The notes below the pieces were generated by a model. It saw only the letters and a program-made list of their open reading frames with translations. It was not told the origin of the DNA and ran no database searches. The translations under genes were made by a program, and so were the position numbers. Positions 32,717 to 42,200 of a stretch of 64,000 bases of DNA are shown here, in pieces. Source of the stretch: an uncultured Candidatus Rokubacteria bacterium (lineage in GTDB: Bacteria > Methylomirabilota > Methylomirabilia > Rokubacteriales > CSP1-6); the NCBI GenBank assembly GCA_963747235.1, contig CAVVEU010000015.1, forward strand, positions 1-64,000, written 5' to 3'. How positions within the stretch are numbered: the stretch's first letter is position 1; each line of letters opens with the position of its first letter.

Positions 32717-35059
32717 TCAATCTACCGCAGCCGGAACAACCGCATCGGCGTCTCCACGTTCTTCAGCTCGCGCACGCCCAGGTCCTCCACGAGCCAGGTC
32801 GTCCCCCAGCCGCGTCCGCGTCGCCTCGCTGATCACGATCTCGCCGTCGCCCGCCTGCGCGGCCAGGCGCGCCGCGATGTTGGTGGTCATGCCGGAGGCG
32901 GTGTAGGTCCAGCGCGTGCCCGCGCTGCCCTCGATCTTGGTCGCGCCCAGCAGCGCGGGGCCGGTGTTGACGCCCACGTGCATGGCCACCGGCTCGAAGC
33001 GCGCGGCCAGCTCGGCGCCGATCTCGGCGGCGCGGCGGTGGATGGCGCGCGCCGCGTCCACCGCCGCGCGGGCGTGCGGGCCCTCGTGGAAGATCACCAT
33101 GAGCCCGTCGCCCGCGGTCTCGTTCACGTCGCCGCCGTGCTTGACGATCTCGTCGAGGAAGGCGCCGAAGTAGCGCTCCACGAGGCCGGCCAGGTCGTCG
33201 GGCTGAAGGCGCGACGACAGGCGCGTGTAGCCGCTGATGTCGGCGAAGAGCACGCTGACGTCGGTCTCCTTCTTCTCGAGCGACGGCGCCTCCGGCGATT
33301 CCTCGATGAGCTGGCGCACCCGGCGCGGCACGAACTTGGCGAGGCTGCCGCGGATGAGCAGGCTGCGCTCGAGCTGCTGGGCGTAGTCCAGCACCTGGCG
33401 GTGCGCCTCCGCGTTGGCCACCGCCACCGCGGCCTGGTCGGCCAGCGCCTCCAGCATCTCCAGATCCTCGCCGGTATAGGGCGCCTCCGACCGCTTGCCG
33501 CCCAGCACCAGCAGCGCGCGCAGGCCCCCCTGGAAGCGCAGCGGCACCACCACCTCCGCGCCCAGCGCCTGGTAGGCGGCCAGGGCGGCCCCGCGGTCGC
33601 TGCCGAAGCTCGGATCGGCGGCGAGCTGGTAGCGGGAGAGCGCGCCCGGCGCGACCTCCAGGGCGGCCAGGATGTCGTGCGGAAACCCGTCCACGAGCAG
33701 GCGCGTGGATCGCACGTGCATGGCCGACTCGATGGTGGTGGTGAGGCGCCGGGTGATCTCGTCCAGATCGAGCAGGCTCGACATGGAGCGGGCCAGCGTG
33801 CGCATCGCCAGCGCGTAGTCGTGGCGCTCGCGGAAGAACGTGCGGTCCACCGCCCGCCGCACCCGCTCGCGCAGCGGGTTGAAGAGCAGCACCACCACGA
33901 ACATGAAGCCGGCCGAGAACCAGGGCGAGCGCGTGAGGTCGGTCTGGGCCAGCAGCGCGTTGGTCCCGGCCAGGAGCAGCGCGTAGGCGCCGGTGATGAG
34001 GCCGGCCAGCCCGGTGTAGATCACCGAGCGGCGGATCACCACGGTGGCGTCGAAGAGACGGTAGCGCACGGTGGCGTAGCCGATGGCCGCCGGGTAGAGC
34101 AGCATGAGGGCCGAGCCCACCTGCGGATCGAACGGGCTCTGGTAGAGCTGCTGCAGCGGCCAGAGCATGAGGCAGAGCCAGGCGCCGAGCCCCATCCCGA
34201 TGCCCAGCAGCAGCACGGTGGTCTGCTGGTTGACGAGCGGCGAGGCGGCGCGCCGGCGCGTGTCGAGCAGCGCGCCGATCTTGATCGGGAAGGACAGCGT
34301 GCTGAGCACCGAGAGCACGGCGGCGGAGGCCGGATAGACCCAGCCGTTCACCAGGAGCGCCGGCGCGAAAGCCCGGATCAGGATGAACGAGAGCGCGCTC
34401 GCCAGCCCGAGCGCCACCGCCACGCGGTAGAGGCGCGGGATCACGCGGTGGCGCTCGAGCCACCGCGCGCGGTCGGCATTGGCCGGGTACGTGAGGAAGA
34501 ACACCCAGCCGTGGATGGAGAGCAGCGGGGCCAGGAGCCCGACCAGGGCCGCCGCGTACGGGCGCGCGCCCAGCACCGCCTCGGGCACCGCGACGTTGGA
34601 GACGGCCCAGAGGCACATATAGAGGAGGAAGCGGCGGTTGGGCGCCGCGGCGGGGTTCTGCACGAAGACCGCCGCGCCCACGATCAGCATGAGGGCCGAG
34701 ACGAGGAAGTAGACCCCGAAGTGGTCCACCAGCCGGCTCCAGGTCAAGGTGCGCGGCGCCAGCTCCACGGAGAGCCGGCGCCCGGCGCGCTCCACCTCGT
34801 AGCGGATGGGCCCGGCGGCGGCGCGCACGCGCGCGGCCAGGGTGAGCGGCGAGTCGCCCTCCACCGCGACCAGCCGATCGCCCGCGCGCAGGCCCGCCGC
34901 GCGCGCGGCGGACTCGACGGGGACGACGTAGTAGTCGGGCGTGGCGAAGAAGCCCGGATAGGGGCGGCCGGCCTCCAGGGCGAGGCCGCCCAGCAGCCCC
35001 AGCAGCACCGCGAGGCTCACCGCGACGAGGAGCGTGGATCGCAGGTCCCACCGCGCCAT
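32717..35059 (-). CDS. Membrane nucleotide cyclase: PDZ-like, multi-TM, GAF, class III cyclase; indel near 32790
   Basis: SAARAAGLRAGDRLVAVEG (PDZ); LGGKRSEAPYTGEDL (GAF); LFADISGYT, GDG and NIAARL (cyclase). Confidence 0.85.
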   Translation of the reverse strand: MARWDLRSTLLVAVSLAVLLGLLGGLALEAGRPYPGFFATPDYYVVPVESAARAAGLRAGDRLVAVEGDSPLTLAARVRAAAGPIRYEVERAGRRLSVELAPRTLTWSRLVDHFGVYFLVSALMLIVGAAVFVQNPAAAPNRRFLLYMCLWAVSNVAVPEAVLGARPYAAALVGLLAPLLSIHGWVFFLTYPANADRARWLERHRVIPRLYRVAVALGLASALSFILIRAFAPALLVNGWVYPASAAVLSVLSTLSFPIKIGALLDTRRRAASPLVNQQTTVLLLGIGMGLGAWLCLMLWPLQQLYQSPFDPQVGSALMLLYPAAIGYATVRYRLFDATVVIRRSVIYTGLAGLITGAYALLLAGTNALLAQTDLTRSPWFSAGFMFVVVLLFNPLRERVRRAVDRTFFRERHDYALAMRTLARSMSSLLDLDEITRRLTTTIESAMHVRSTRLLVDGFPHDILAALEVAPGALSRYQLAADPSFGSDRGAALAAYQALGAEVVVPLRFQGGLRALLVLGGKRSEAPYTGEDLEMLEALADQAAVAVANAEAHRQVLDYAQQLERSLLIRGSLAKFVPRRVRQLIEESPEAPSLEKKETDVSVLFADISGYTRLSSRLQPDDLAGLVERYFGAFLDEIVKHGGDVNETAGDGLMVIFHEGPHARAAVDAARAIHRRAAEIGAELAARFEPVAMHVGVNTGPALLGATKIEGSAGTRWTYTASGMTTNIAARLAAQAGDGEIVISEATRTRLGDDLARGGPGRARAEERGDADAVVPAAVD

Positions 35060-35083
35060 GCGAGTACTCTATACTGCGAATCC

Positions 35084-37184
35084 GTGACCGACCTCAGCGC
35101 TGTCTTCCGGCCTCGCGCCATCGCGGTCGTGGGCGCCTCCGATGATCCCGTCAAGATCGGTGGCCGGCCGCTCGCCTTCCTGCTGCGCCACGGCTACGCG
35201 GGGCGCGTGTTCCCGGTCAATCCCGCGCGCGCCACCGTGCAGGGCCTGCCCGCGTTCCCCTCGATCGGCGCGATCCCGGAGGAGGTGGACCTGGCCATCG
35301 TGGTGGTGCCCGCCGAGCGCGTGCTCGAATCGCTCGAGGAGGCCGCGGCCAAGGGCGTGCGCGCGGCCATCGTGTTCAGCAGCGGCTTCGCGGAGGTCGG
35401 CGAGGCCGGGCGCGTCGCGCAGGCGCGGCTGCGCGAGCTGGCCGAGCGCACCGGCCTTCGCATCATCGGACCCAACTGCCAGGGCTTCGCCCACCTGCCC
35501 TCGCGCCTGGTCGCCACGTTCGCCTCGCCGTTCCTCGAGCCCGGCCTCGCCATCGGGCCCATCGCGATGGTGAGCCAGAGCGGGGCCATGGCCGGGATGA
35601 TCTACGAGATGGCGCGCGCGGCCGGGCTCGGCCTCAACTACTGGGTCAGCACCGGCAACGAGGCCGACGTGCAGGCGGCCGAGATCCTGGCCGAGGTGGT
35701 CGAGGACGAGGAGACGCGCGTGGCCTGCTGCTACATGGAGGACATCAAGGACGCGGGGCGCTTCCGCCGGGCGCTGGCGCGCGCCCATCGCCGGGGCGTG
35801 CCGGTCTTCGTGCTGAAGTCGGGCCGCAGCGCGGTGGGCCGGCGCGCGGCGTCCTCGCACACCGGCGCGCTCGCGGGCGAGGACGCGGTCTACGACGCGG
35901 TCTTCGCCGACTGGGGCGCGATCCGCTGCGCCGATCCGGCCGAGCTGCTGGCGCTGCCGCAGGCCTTCCTGCGCTACCGCGAGGCCGGACGCCGCGTGGC
36001 CATCCTCTCCAACTCGGGCGGCCTCGGCGTGCTCTCGGTGGATCTCTGCGTGGATCTGGGGCTCGTGCCGTCGGAGTTCACGCCGGAGACGACCGCGGTG
36101 CTGCGCGGGGCGCTGCCGGACTTCGCGGCCGCCGCCAATCCGGTGGATCTCACCGCGCAGATGCTCACCGACCCCGGCATGCTCATGCGCGTGCTGCCCG
36201 CGCTCGAGGCCGACCCCGGCGTGGACGCCATCGTGTTCCAGATCGCCCTGCTCGGCGCCGCGACGGATCTGGGCCGACTGGTCGGCGATGTCGCCACGGT
36301 GGCCCGCGCCACCCGCAAGGTCGTCGCGGTGAGCTGCCCGCAGCGCCCGGTGGTGGACGCGTTCCGGGCGGGCGGCGTGCTCGCCTTCGACGACGCCAGC
36401 GTGGCGCTCCGCTCGCTCGCGTGCCTGGCCCACGCGACCGTACGCCGCGCGCGCTGGCTCGATCGCGCGACGCTCGAGGCGCCCCCGCCGCCGCGCGGCC
36501 CCCGCGGTGCCGGCCGGCCGCCCCGGCGAGCCGTTCCTCAACGAGTGGCAGAGCCAGCAACTGCTCGCGCCCTTCGGGCTGCCGCTGGTGGACACCGTCT
36601 TCGTCACTCGCGCCAGCGCCGCGCCCGACGCGGCCGAGCAGCTCGGCTACCCGGTGGTGGTGAAGGCCTGCGCCGCCGCCCTGCCCCACAAGTCGGACGT
36701 GGGCGGCGTGGCCCTCGGGCTCTCGGACCGCGCCGCGGTCGCGGAGGCGTGCCGGCGCATCGAGGCCAACGTGCGCGCCGCGGCGCCGGGCGTCGCCCTC
36801 GACGGCTTCCTGATCCAGCGCCAGGCCCGGGGCGCGCTCGAGCTGGCGCTCGGCGTGAAGGTGGATCCCGTCTTCGGCCCGGTGGTGCTGGTGGGCTCGG
36901 GCGGCGTCCTCATCGAGGTGCTGCGCGATTTCCGGCTGCTGCTGCCGCCGATCGACGCGACCGCCGCCGAGGAGGCGCTGCGCGGCCTGCGCATCGGCCC
37001 GCTCTGGGACGGCGTGCGCGGCGGCGCGCCGCTGGACCTGCCCGCGGCCGTCGAGCTGCTGCAACGCCTGGGCGAGGCCGCGCGGGCCCTCGGCGCCGCG
37101 ATCAGCGAGATCGACCTGAATCCGGTCCTGGTGGGCCGCCGCGGCGAGGGCGTCACGATCCTCGACGCCCTCGTCCGCCGCTAG
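35084..37184 (+). CDS. ADP-forming acetate/acyl-CoA ligase family protein; indel near 36500
   Basis: VVGAS, IIGPNCQG, SQSG, STGNEAD, ASSHTGALAG, HKSDVGGV and DLNPV motifs. Confidence 0.9.
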
Positions 37185-37202
37185 CAGGGCGACGCTAGCG
37201 CG

Positions 37203-37610
37203 TCAGGCGAGGACCGCGGCGCCCGCGGCCGCGCACTCCTGGTCCTGCTCGCCGGTGCCGCCGCCGCAGCCGATGGCGCCGATCACGCGGCCCTTCACGA
37301 CGATCGGCACCGCGCCGTGGCTGGCCAGGAGCTGGCCGGGGACCGCGCTGCCCACCTGGGCCCAGAACGGCGAGCCCTTCTGCACGCGGTCGGCGAGATC
37401 GGCGGTGGACATGCGGAAGTTCGCGGCGGCCATCGCCTTGGCCCGCGAGGTCTCGGGCGTGAAGAACCCGGTGCCGTCGCCGCGCGAGCACAGCACCAGC
37501 CGTCCCGCCTCGTCCACCACCGTGATCGTCATCGGGGTGCCGAGGGCATTGGCCTTCTCCCGCGCCGCGCGCGTCGCGCGCTCGGCCATCTCCAGCGTGA
37601 GCTCGATCAT
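37203..37610 (-). CDS. GlcG/HbpS-family heme-binding protein
   Basis: ITVVDEAGRL, AKAMAA, GAVPI..GRVIGAIGCGG..EQD; TTGACA-17-TTCAAT upstream at 37661-37689. Confidence 0.85.
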   Translation of the reverse strand: MIELTLEMAERATRAAREKANALGTPMTITVVDEAGRLVLCSRGDGTGFFTPETSRAKAMAAANFRMSTADLADRVQKGSPFWAQVGSAVPGQLLASHGAVPIVVKGRVIGAIGCGGGTGEQDQECAAAGAAVLA

Positions 37611-37834
37611 TGCCGCCACCTTTCTCGAAGCGCCTCCCGGGATCCTGCGATCGCGCCCGCATTGAAGCCCGGCGGCCGCGCGGTGTCAACGGCTCCCGGA
37701 GTGACAAATCCGGGGAGCGGATTACCCAGTCCTGCCGGGAAAGACTATAGGTGGGGCCCCCGCCCGCGTCCTATCACAGGGAAAGTGCTTGAAACAATGA
37801 CGCTCGGTATCCTATGCTCGCGGGTGGCGCGCGG

Positions 37835-37850
37835 TGGCACTGGCCTTGCT
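37835..37850 (+). promoter_or_regulatory. sigma54 promoter upstream of mlaA
   Basis: TGGCAC-tggcc-TTGCT. Confidence 0.75.
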
Positions 37851-37946
37851 CCCTTGGTGCCGGGCGCACCGGCCTCGGCCAGCGAGCCCATGAGCGACGC
37901 CAGCCACAACTCGAGGGGGACACGGAACGTGCGTTTCGGATCCGGG

Positions 37947-38933
37947 ATGCGACAGGCAGCGCTGCTGTTGGCGGTATCGGCCCTGGCCATGGGCGGCTGT
38001 GGCACGCTCTCGGGCGGGTTGCGCAGCGAGTCCATGATGGCCGCGACCGCGTCCACCACCGATCCGGACAATCCGACCGCCGCGGCCCTCGCCCCCGAGC
38101 ACCAGCCGACCGGCGTCGTGGTCGAGCCCCGCGCGGGCGAGCAGGCCATGGCCGCGACGGTGGCGTTCCGGCCGGCCTCCTTCGAGCTGATCCAGCCCGG
38201 GTCGCAGCCCTCCTACATGGTCGCCTCGGTGGGGCCGCTGATGGTCGCCCAGGCGCCCACGCTGCTGTCCCAGGCGCGCGCCGCCGATCCGGTCGTGCCC
38301 GCCGAGGGCATCCTCGAGGAGTACGACCCGTGGGAGCCGTTCAACGAGAAGATGTTCACGTTCAACTACAACCTGGACCGCTACGTGCTCAAGCCGGTGG
38401 CGAAGGGCTACAACTTCGTGATGCCGGATCGCCTGCAGCAGATGATCGACAGCGGCTTCGACAACCTGCTGGTCGTCCAGCGCGTCGTCAATAACCTGCT
38501 GCAGGGGCGCCCGCTGGGCGCGACCGCCGAGGTGGGCCGCTTCCTGATCAACAGCACGGTCGGCATCGGCGGCCTCTTCGACATCGCCAAGCAGGAGTTC
38601 AACCTGCAGAAGACGCGCGCCGACTTCGGCCAGACCCTCGGCATCTGGGGCATCGGGCCCGGGCCCTTCCTGGTCCTGCCGCTCCTGCCGCCGCTCACCG
38701 TGCGCGACGGCATCGGCACCGCGGTGGACGGGGCCATGGACCCGCTGAGCTACGTGCTGCCGTTCATCTGGACGCGGCTCGGCATGAAGGTCGGCAGCAT
38801 GATCAACGACCGGTCGCTCAACCTGGATCTGTACCAGGGCTTCGAGGAGACCACGGTCGACCTCTACAGCGCGGTGCGGAACGGCTACCTGCAGCGCCGC
38901 GAAAACATGATCAAGAGCCCGTCCCCGTATTGA
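37947..38933 (+). CDS. mlaA: MlaA/VacJ-family lipoprotein with a long N-terminal extension
   Basis: Lipobox MGGC; DPWEPFN, RFLINSTVGIGGLFD, DFGQTLG and YLQRR motifs. Confidence 0.88.
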   Translation: MRQAALLLAVSALAMGGCGTLSGGLRSESMMAATASTTDPDNPTAAALAPEHQPTGVVVEPRAGEQAMAATVAFRPASFELIQPGSQPSYMVASVGPLMVAQAPTLLSQARAADPVVPAEGILEEYDPWEPFNEKMFTFNYNLDRYVLKPVAKGYNFVMPDRLQQMIDSGFDNLLVVQRVVNNLLQGRPLGATAEVGRFLINSTVGIGGLFDIAKQEFNLQKTRADFGQTLGIWGIGPGPFLVLPLLPPLTVRDGIGTAVDGAMDPLSYVLPFIWTRLGMKVGSMINDRSLNLDLYQGFEETTVDLYSAVRNGYLQRRENMIKSPSPY

Positions 38934-39053
38934 AGTAGAACGATCTTGAAGTAGTCTTGGATTAGACACACCGGCAGTCGCCCCCGCCGCACGATCCCCG
39001 CAGTCCTCCCCGCCGCTGACGCGATGCAGTGCAACTCCTGCAGTCTTTTTTTG

Positions 39054-39119
39054 TTGACAGGGTTCGACGGCACGCAATATGTTGGGGTCCGCTTGACTGA
39101 GATACACCACCTATATGCA
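39054..39119 (+). promoter_or_regulatory. sigma70 promoter with tandem NrdR boxes
   Basis: TTGACA at 39054 and TATGTT at 39078; ACGCAATATGTTGGGG (39072) and ACACCACCTATATGCA (39104) start 32 bp apart upstream of the RNR gene. Confidence 0.7.
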
Positions 39120-39256
39120 TACGAGTTCACAGAGAGCAGCTCAGAACGACGCCCTCGCGGCGCCCCTACCCACCTTCCCTTTTCCTGTCTGAAGTAGGCC
39201 GCATCCATGGATCGAGCAAGGTCGTGCTTTGGCCAGTTTTCTTTTAGGAGGAGCTC

Positions 39257-42200
39257 ATGAGAGTCGCCCGTCGGTTCACCAGAGAAGGCCAGAGTCCGTA
39301 CGCGGGCATTCAGTTCGACCAGCGAGTGTCGGAGATCAAGAACCCCGACGGCTCCACGGTCTTCCGCCAGGACGGGATCTCGGTGCCGGCCGGGTGGTCC
39401 GCGGTGGCCACGGACATCCTCGCCCAGAAATACTTCCGGAAGTCCGGCGTGCCGCAGTACGCCCCGGACGGCAAGCCCCTGCTGGACCGCGAGGGCCGGC
39501 CGGTCCTGGGCGGCGAGCGGGATGCCCGGCAGGTCTTCCACCGGCTGGCCGGCTGCTGGATGCACTGGGGCGAGAAGTACGGCTACTTCGACACGCCCTC
39601 TGACGCGCGGGCCTTCTACGACGAGCTCTGCTACATGCTGGCGTCCCAGGTCGCGGCCCCGAACTCGCCGCAATGGTTCAATACCGGGCTGCACTACGCC
39701 TACGGGCTCTCCGGCCCGGCCCAGGGCCACCATTACGTGGATCCGGACACCGGCATCCTCACGCGGGCCAGCTCCGCCTACGAGCGGCCGCAGCCGCACG
39801 CCTGCCAGCCCTACCACGCGCTGGTCTCGACGCCCGAGGGCCCGATGCCGATCGGGCAGATCGTGACCAAGAACCAGGTCGGCCTCGAGGTCTACGACGG
39901 CCGCGACGAGGGCATCGGCACGACCCGGGTGGTGGCGGTCAAGGAGAACGGCGAGAGGGCGGTCTTCCGCATCGAGCTGCGCAACGGCGTGGCGGTCGAG
40001 GCCACCGGCGACCACCTGGTGTACGCGATCGCCAACGGGGTGGGCGCCTGGCGCCGGGTGGACGAGGTGGAGCCGGGCGCGGCCCTGCGCCTGTCCACGC
40101 GGACCGACGTGCGCCGGGACTCGTACCACACCGAGGTGGACGAGGCGGCGCTGGTCGGGTGGCTGCAGGCCGACGGCTTCGTGGGCCAGGACGGCCTCAG
40201 CACCGACCACAGCCTGGCCGTCGAGTTCACCACCATCGACAAGGACGAGCTCGACTTCATCGTCGAGCGGGTCCACCGCGTCTTCGATGGCGTGCACTAC
40301 CACGTCCGCTCCATGGAGACGCGCACCCCGGGGCTCGACATCCACCGGATCCGCCTCTACGGCGAGCCGCTGCGGCCCTTCGTGGACAAGTACGGCCTGC
40401 TCCGCTCGAGCGCCGACCACGCGGTACCGGCCATGATCCTGCGGGCCGGCCGCGACGCGCAGGCCGCGTACCTGCGCGCCCTCTTCCAGGCCCAGGGCAC
40501 GGTGCGCCTGCGGTCGTACTGGGCCCGCCAGGCCGACATCGCGCTCACCACCATCTCGGCCACACTCGCCCACGGGGTGCAGGCCCTCCTGCTCAACATG
40601 GGCATCTACGCCAAGCTCGGGCGGGGCGCCGAGACCCGGGAGAGCCGTCGCACGCCCTACATCATCTCGATCGTCCACGCGGAATCGCGGGCGCGCTTCC
40701 GGGACCTGATCGGCTTCATCTCCGACGACAAGCGCGAGCAGCTCGACACCGCCTGCTCCGACCAGTTCGCGGGCAAGAAGCTGCCCGCCCTGCGGGACGA
40801 GACGGTGGTGCGGGTGGAGTGCGTGGGCGTGCAGCCGGTGTTCGACATCCAGACCGAGAGCGGGCAGTACCTCTCCAACAACGTCATCGTCCACAACTGC
40901 TTCATCCAGTCCGTCTCCGACGACCTGGTCAACGACGGCGGCATCATGGACCTCTGGACCCGCGAGGCCCGCATCTTCAAGTACGGCTCGGGCAGCGGGA
41001 CCAACTTCTCCAACCTGCGCGGCGCGAACGAGCCGCTCTCGGGCGGCGGCAAGTCCTCCGGCCTGATGTCGTTCCTCCGGATCGGCGACCGCGCGGCGGG
41101 CGCCATCAAGTCGGGCGGGACGACCCGGCGGGCCGCCAAGATGGTGATCCTCAACCTCGACCACCCGGACATCCTGACCTTCATCCGGTGGAAGGTGGTG
41201 GAGGAGCAGAAGGTGGCGGCGCTGGTCAGCGGCTCGCGCATGACCAAGCGGCGGCTCCAGGCGGTGCTGTCCGCGGTGCGCACCCCCACGGGCGTCGAGG
41301 CCGACCCGCGCCAGAACCCGGCGCTGCGCTCGGCGGTGCGCGAGGCGCGCGCGGCCCTCGTGCCCGAGGGCTACATCCAGCGCGTGCTGCTCCTGGCCGC
41401 CCAGGGCGTGCGCGAGATCCACTTCCCGGAATACGACACCGACTGGGACAGCGAGGCCTACTACACGGTCTCCGGCCAGAACTCCAACAACAGCGTGCGC
41501 GTGCCCAACGCCTTCTTCGACGTGCTCGCGCGCCGAGGCCAGTGGGAGCTCAAGCGCCGCACCGACGGCAAGAGCGCGGGCGCGGTGCCCGCCGAGCAGC
41601 TCTGGGACGAGATCGCGCACGCGGCCTGGGCCTGCGCCGATCCCGGCGTGCAGTACGACACCACGATCAACGAGTGGCACACCTGCCCCGAGGACGGGCG
41701 CATCAACGCCAGCAACCCGTGCGTGACCGGCGAGACCCTGGTCGCCACCGCGGAAGGCTGGCAGCGCATCGACGCCCTGGTGGGCAAGACCGCGCGCATC
41801 ATCGGCTCGGACGGCCAGCCACACCTGGTGACCCGCATCTTCCCAACCGGCCACAAGCCGGTGTTCGATCTCCGGACGCGCCTCGGGTACCGGGTGCGCA
41901 TCACCGGCGATCACAAGGTCCTCACGGTGGGCCGCGGCGACGTGGCGGTGGCCGACCTCACGGCGGGCAACCGCCTCATGCTGCGGGGGCCGGGCTTCGG
42001 CCGGCGCGCCCTCGCCACCGAGCTGGCCCTGGGGGTCGGCGTGGCGGTGGCGGAAGGCTATCTCACGCAGTCGGTCGTCCAGGGCCGCGCGCAGGAGTCG
42101 CTCGTGCTCACCACCGACGCCGGCGAATCGCCGGTGCTGGCCGCGGTCGCGGAGGCGGTCCACGCCGGCCGCGCCGCGCTCCAGGCGGTGGGTGGGCTCG

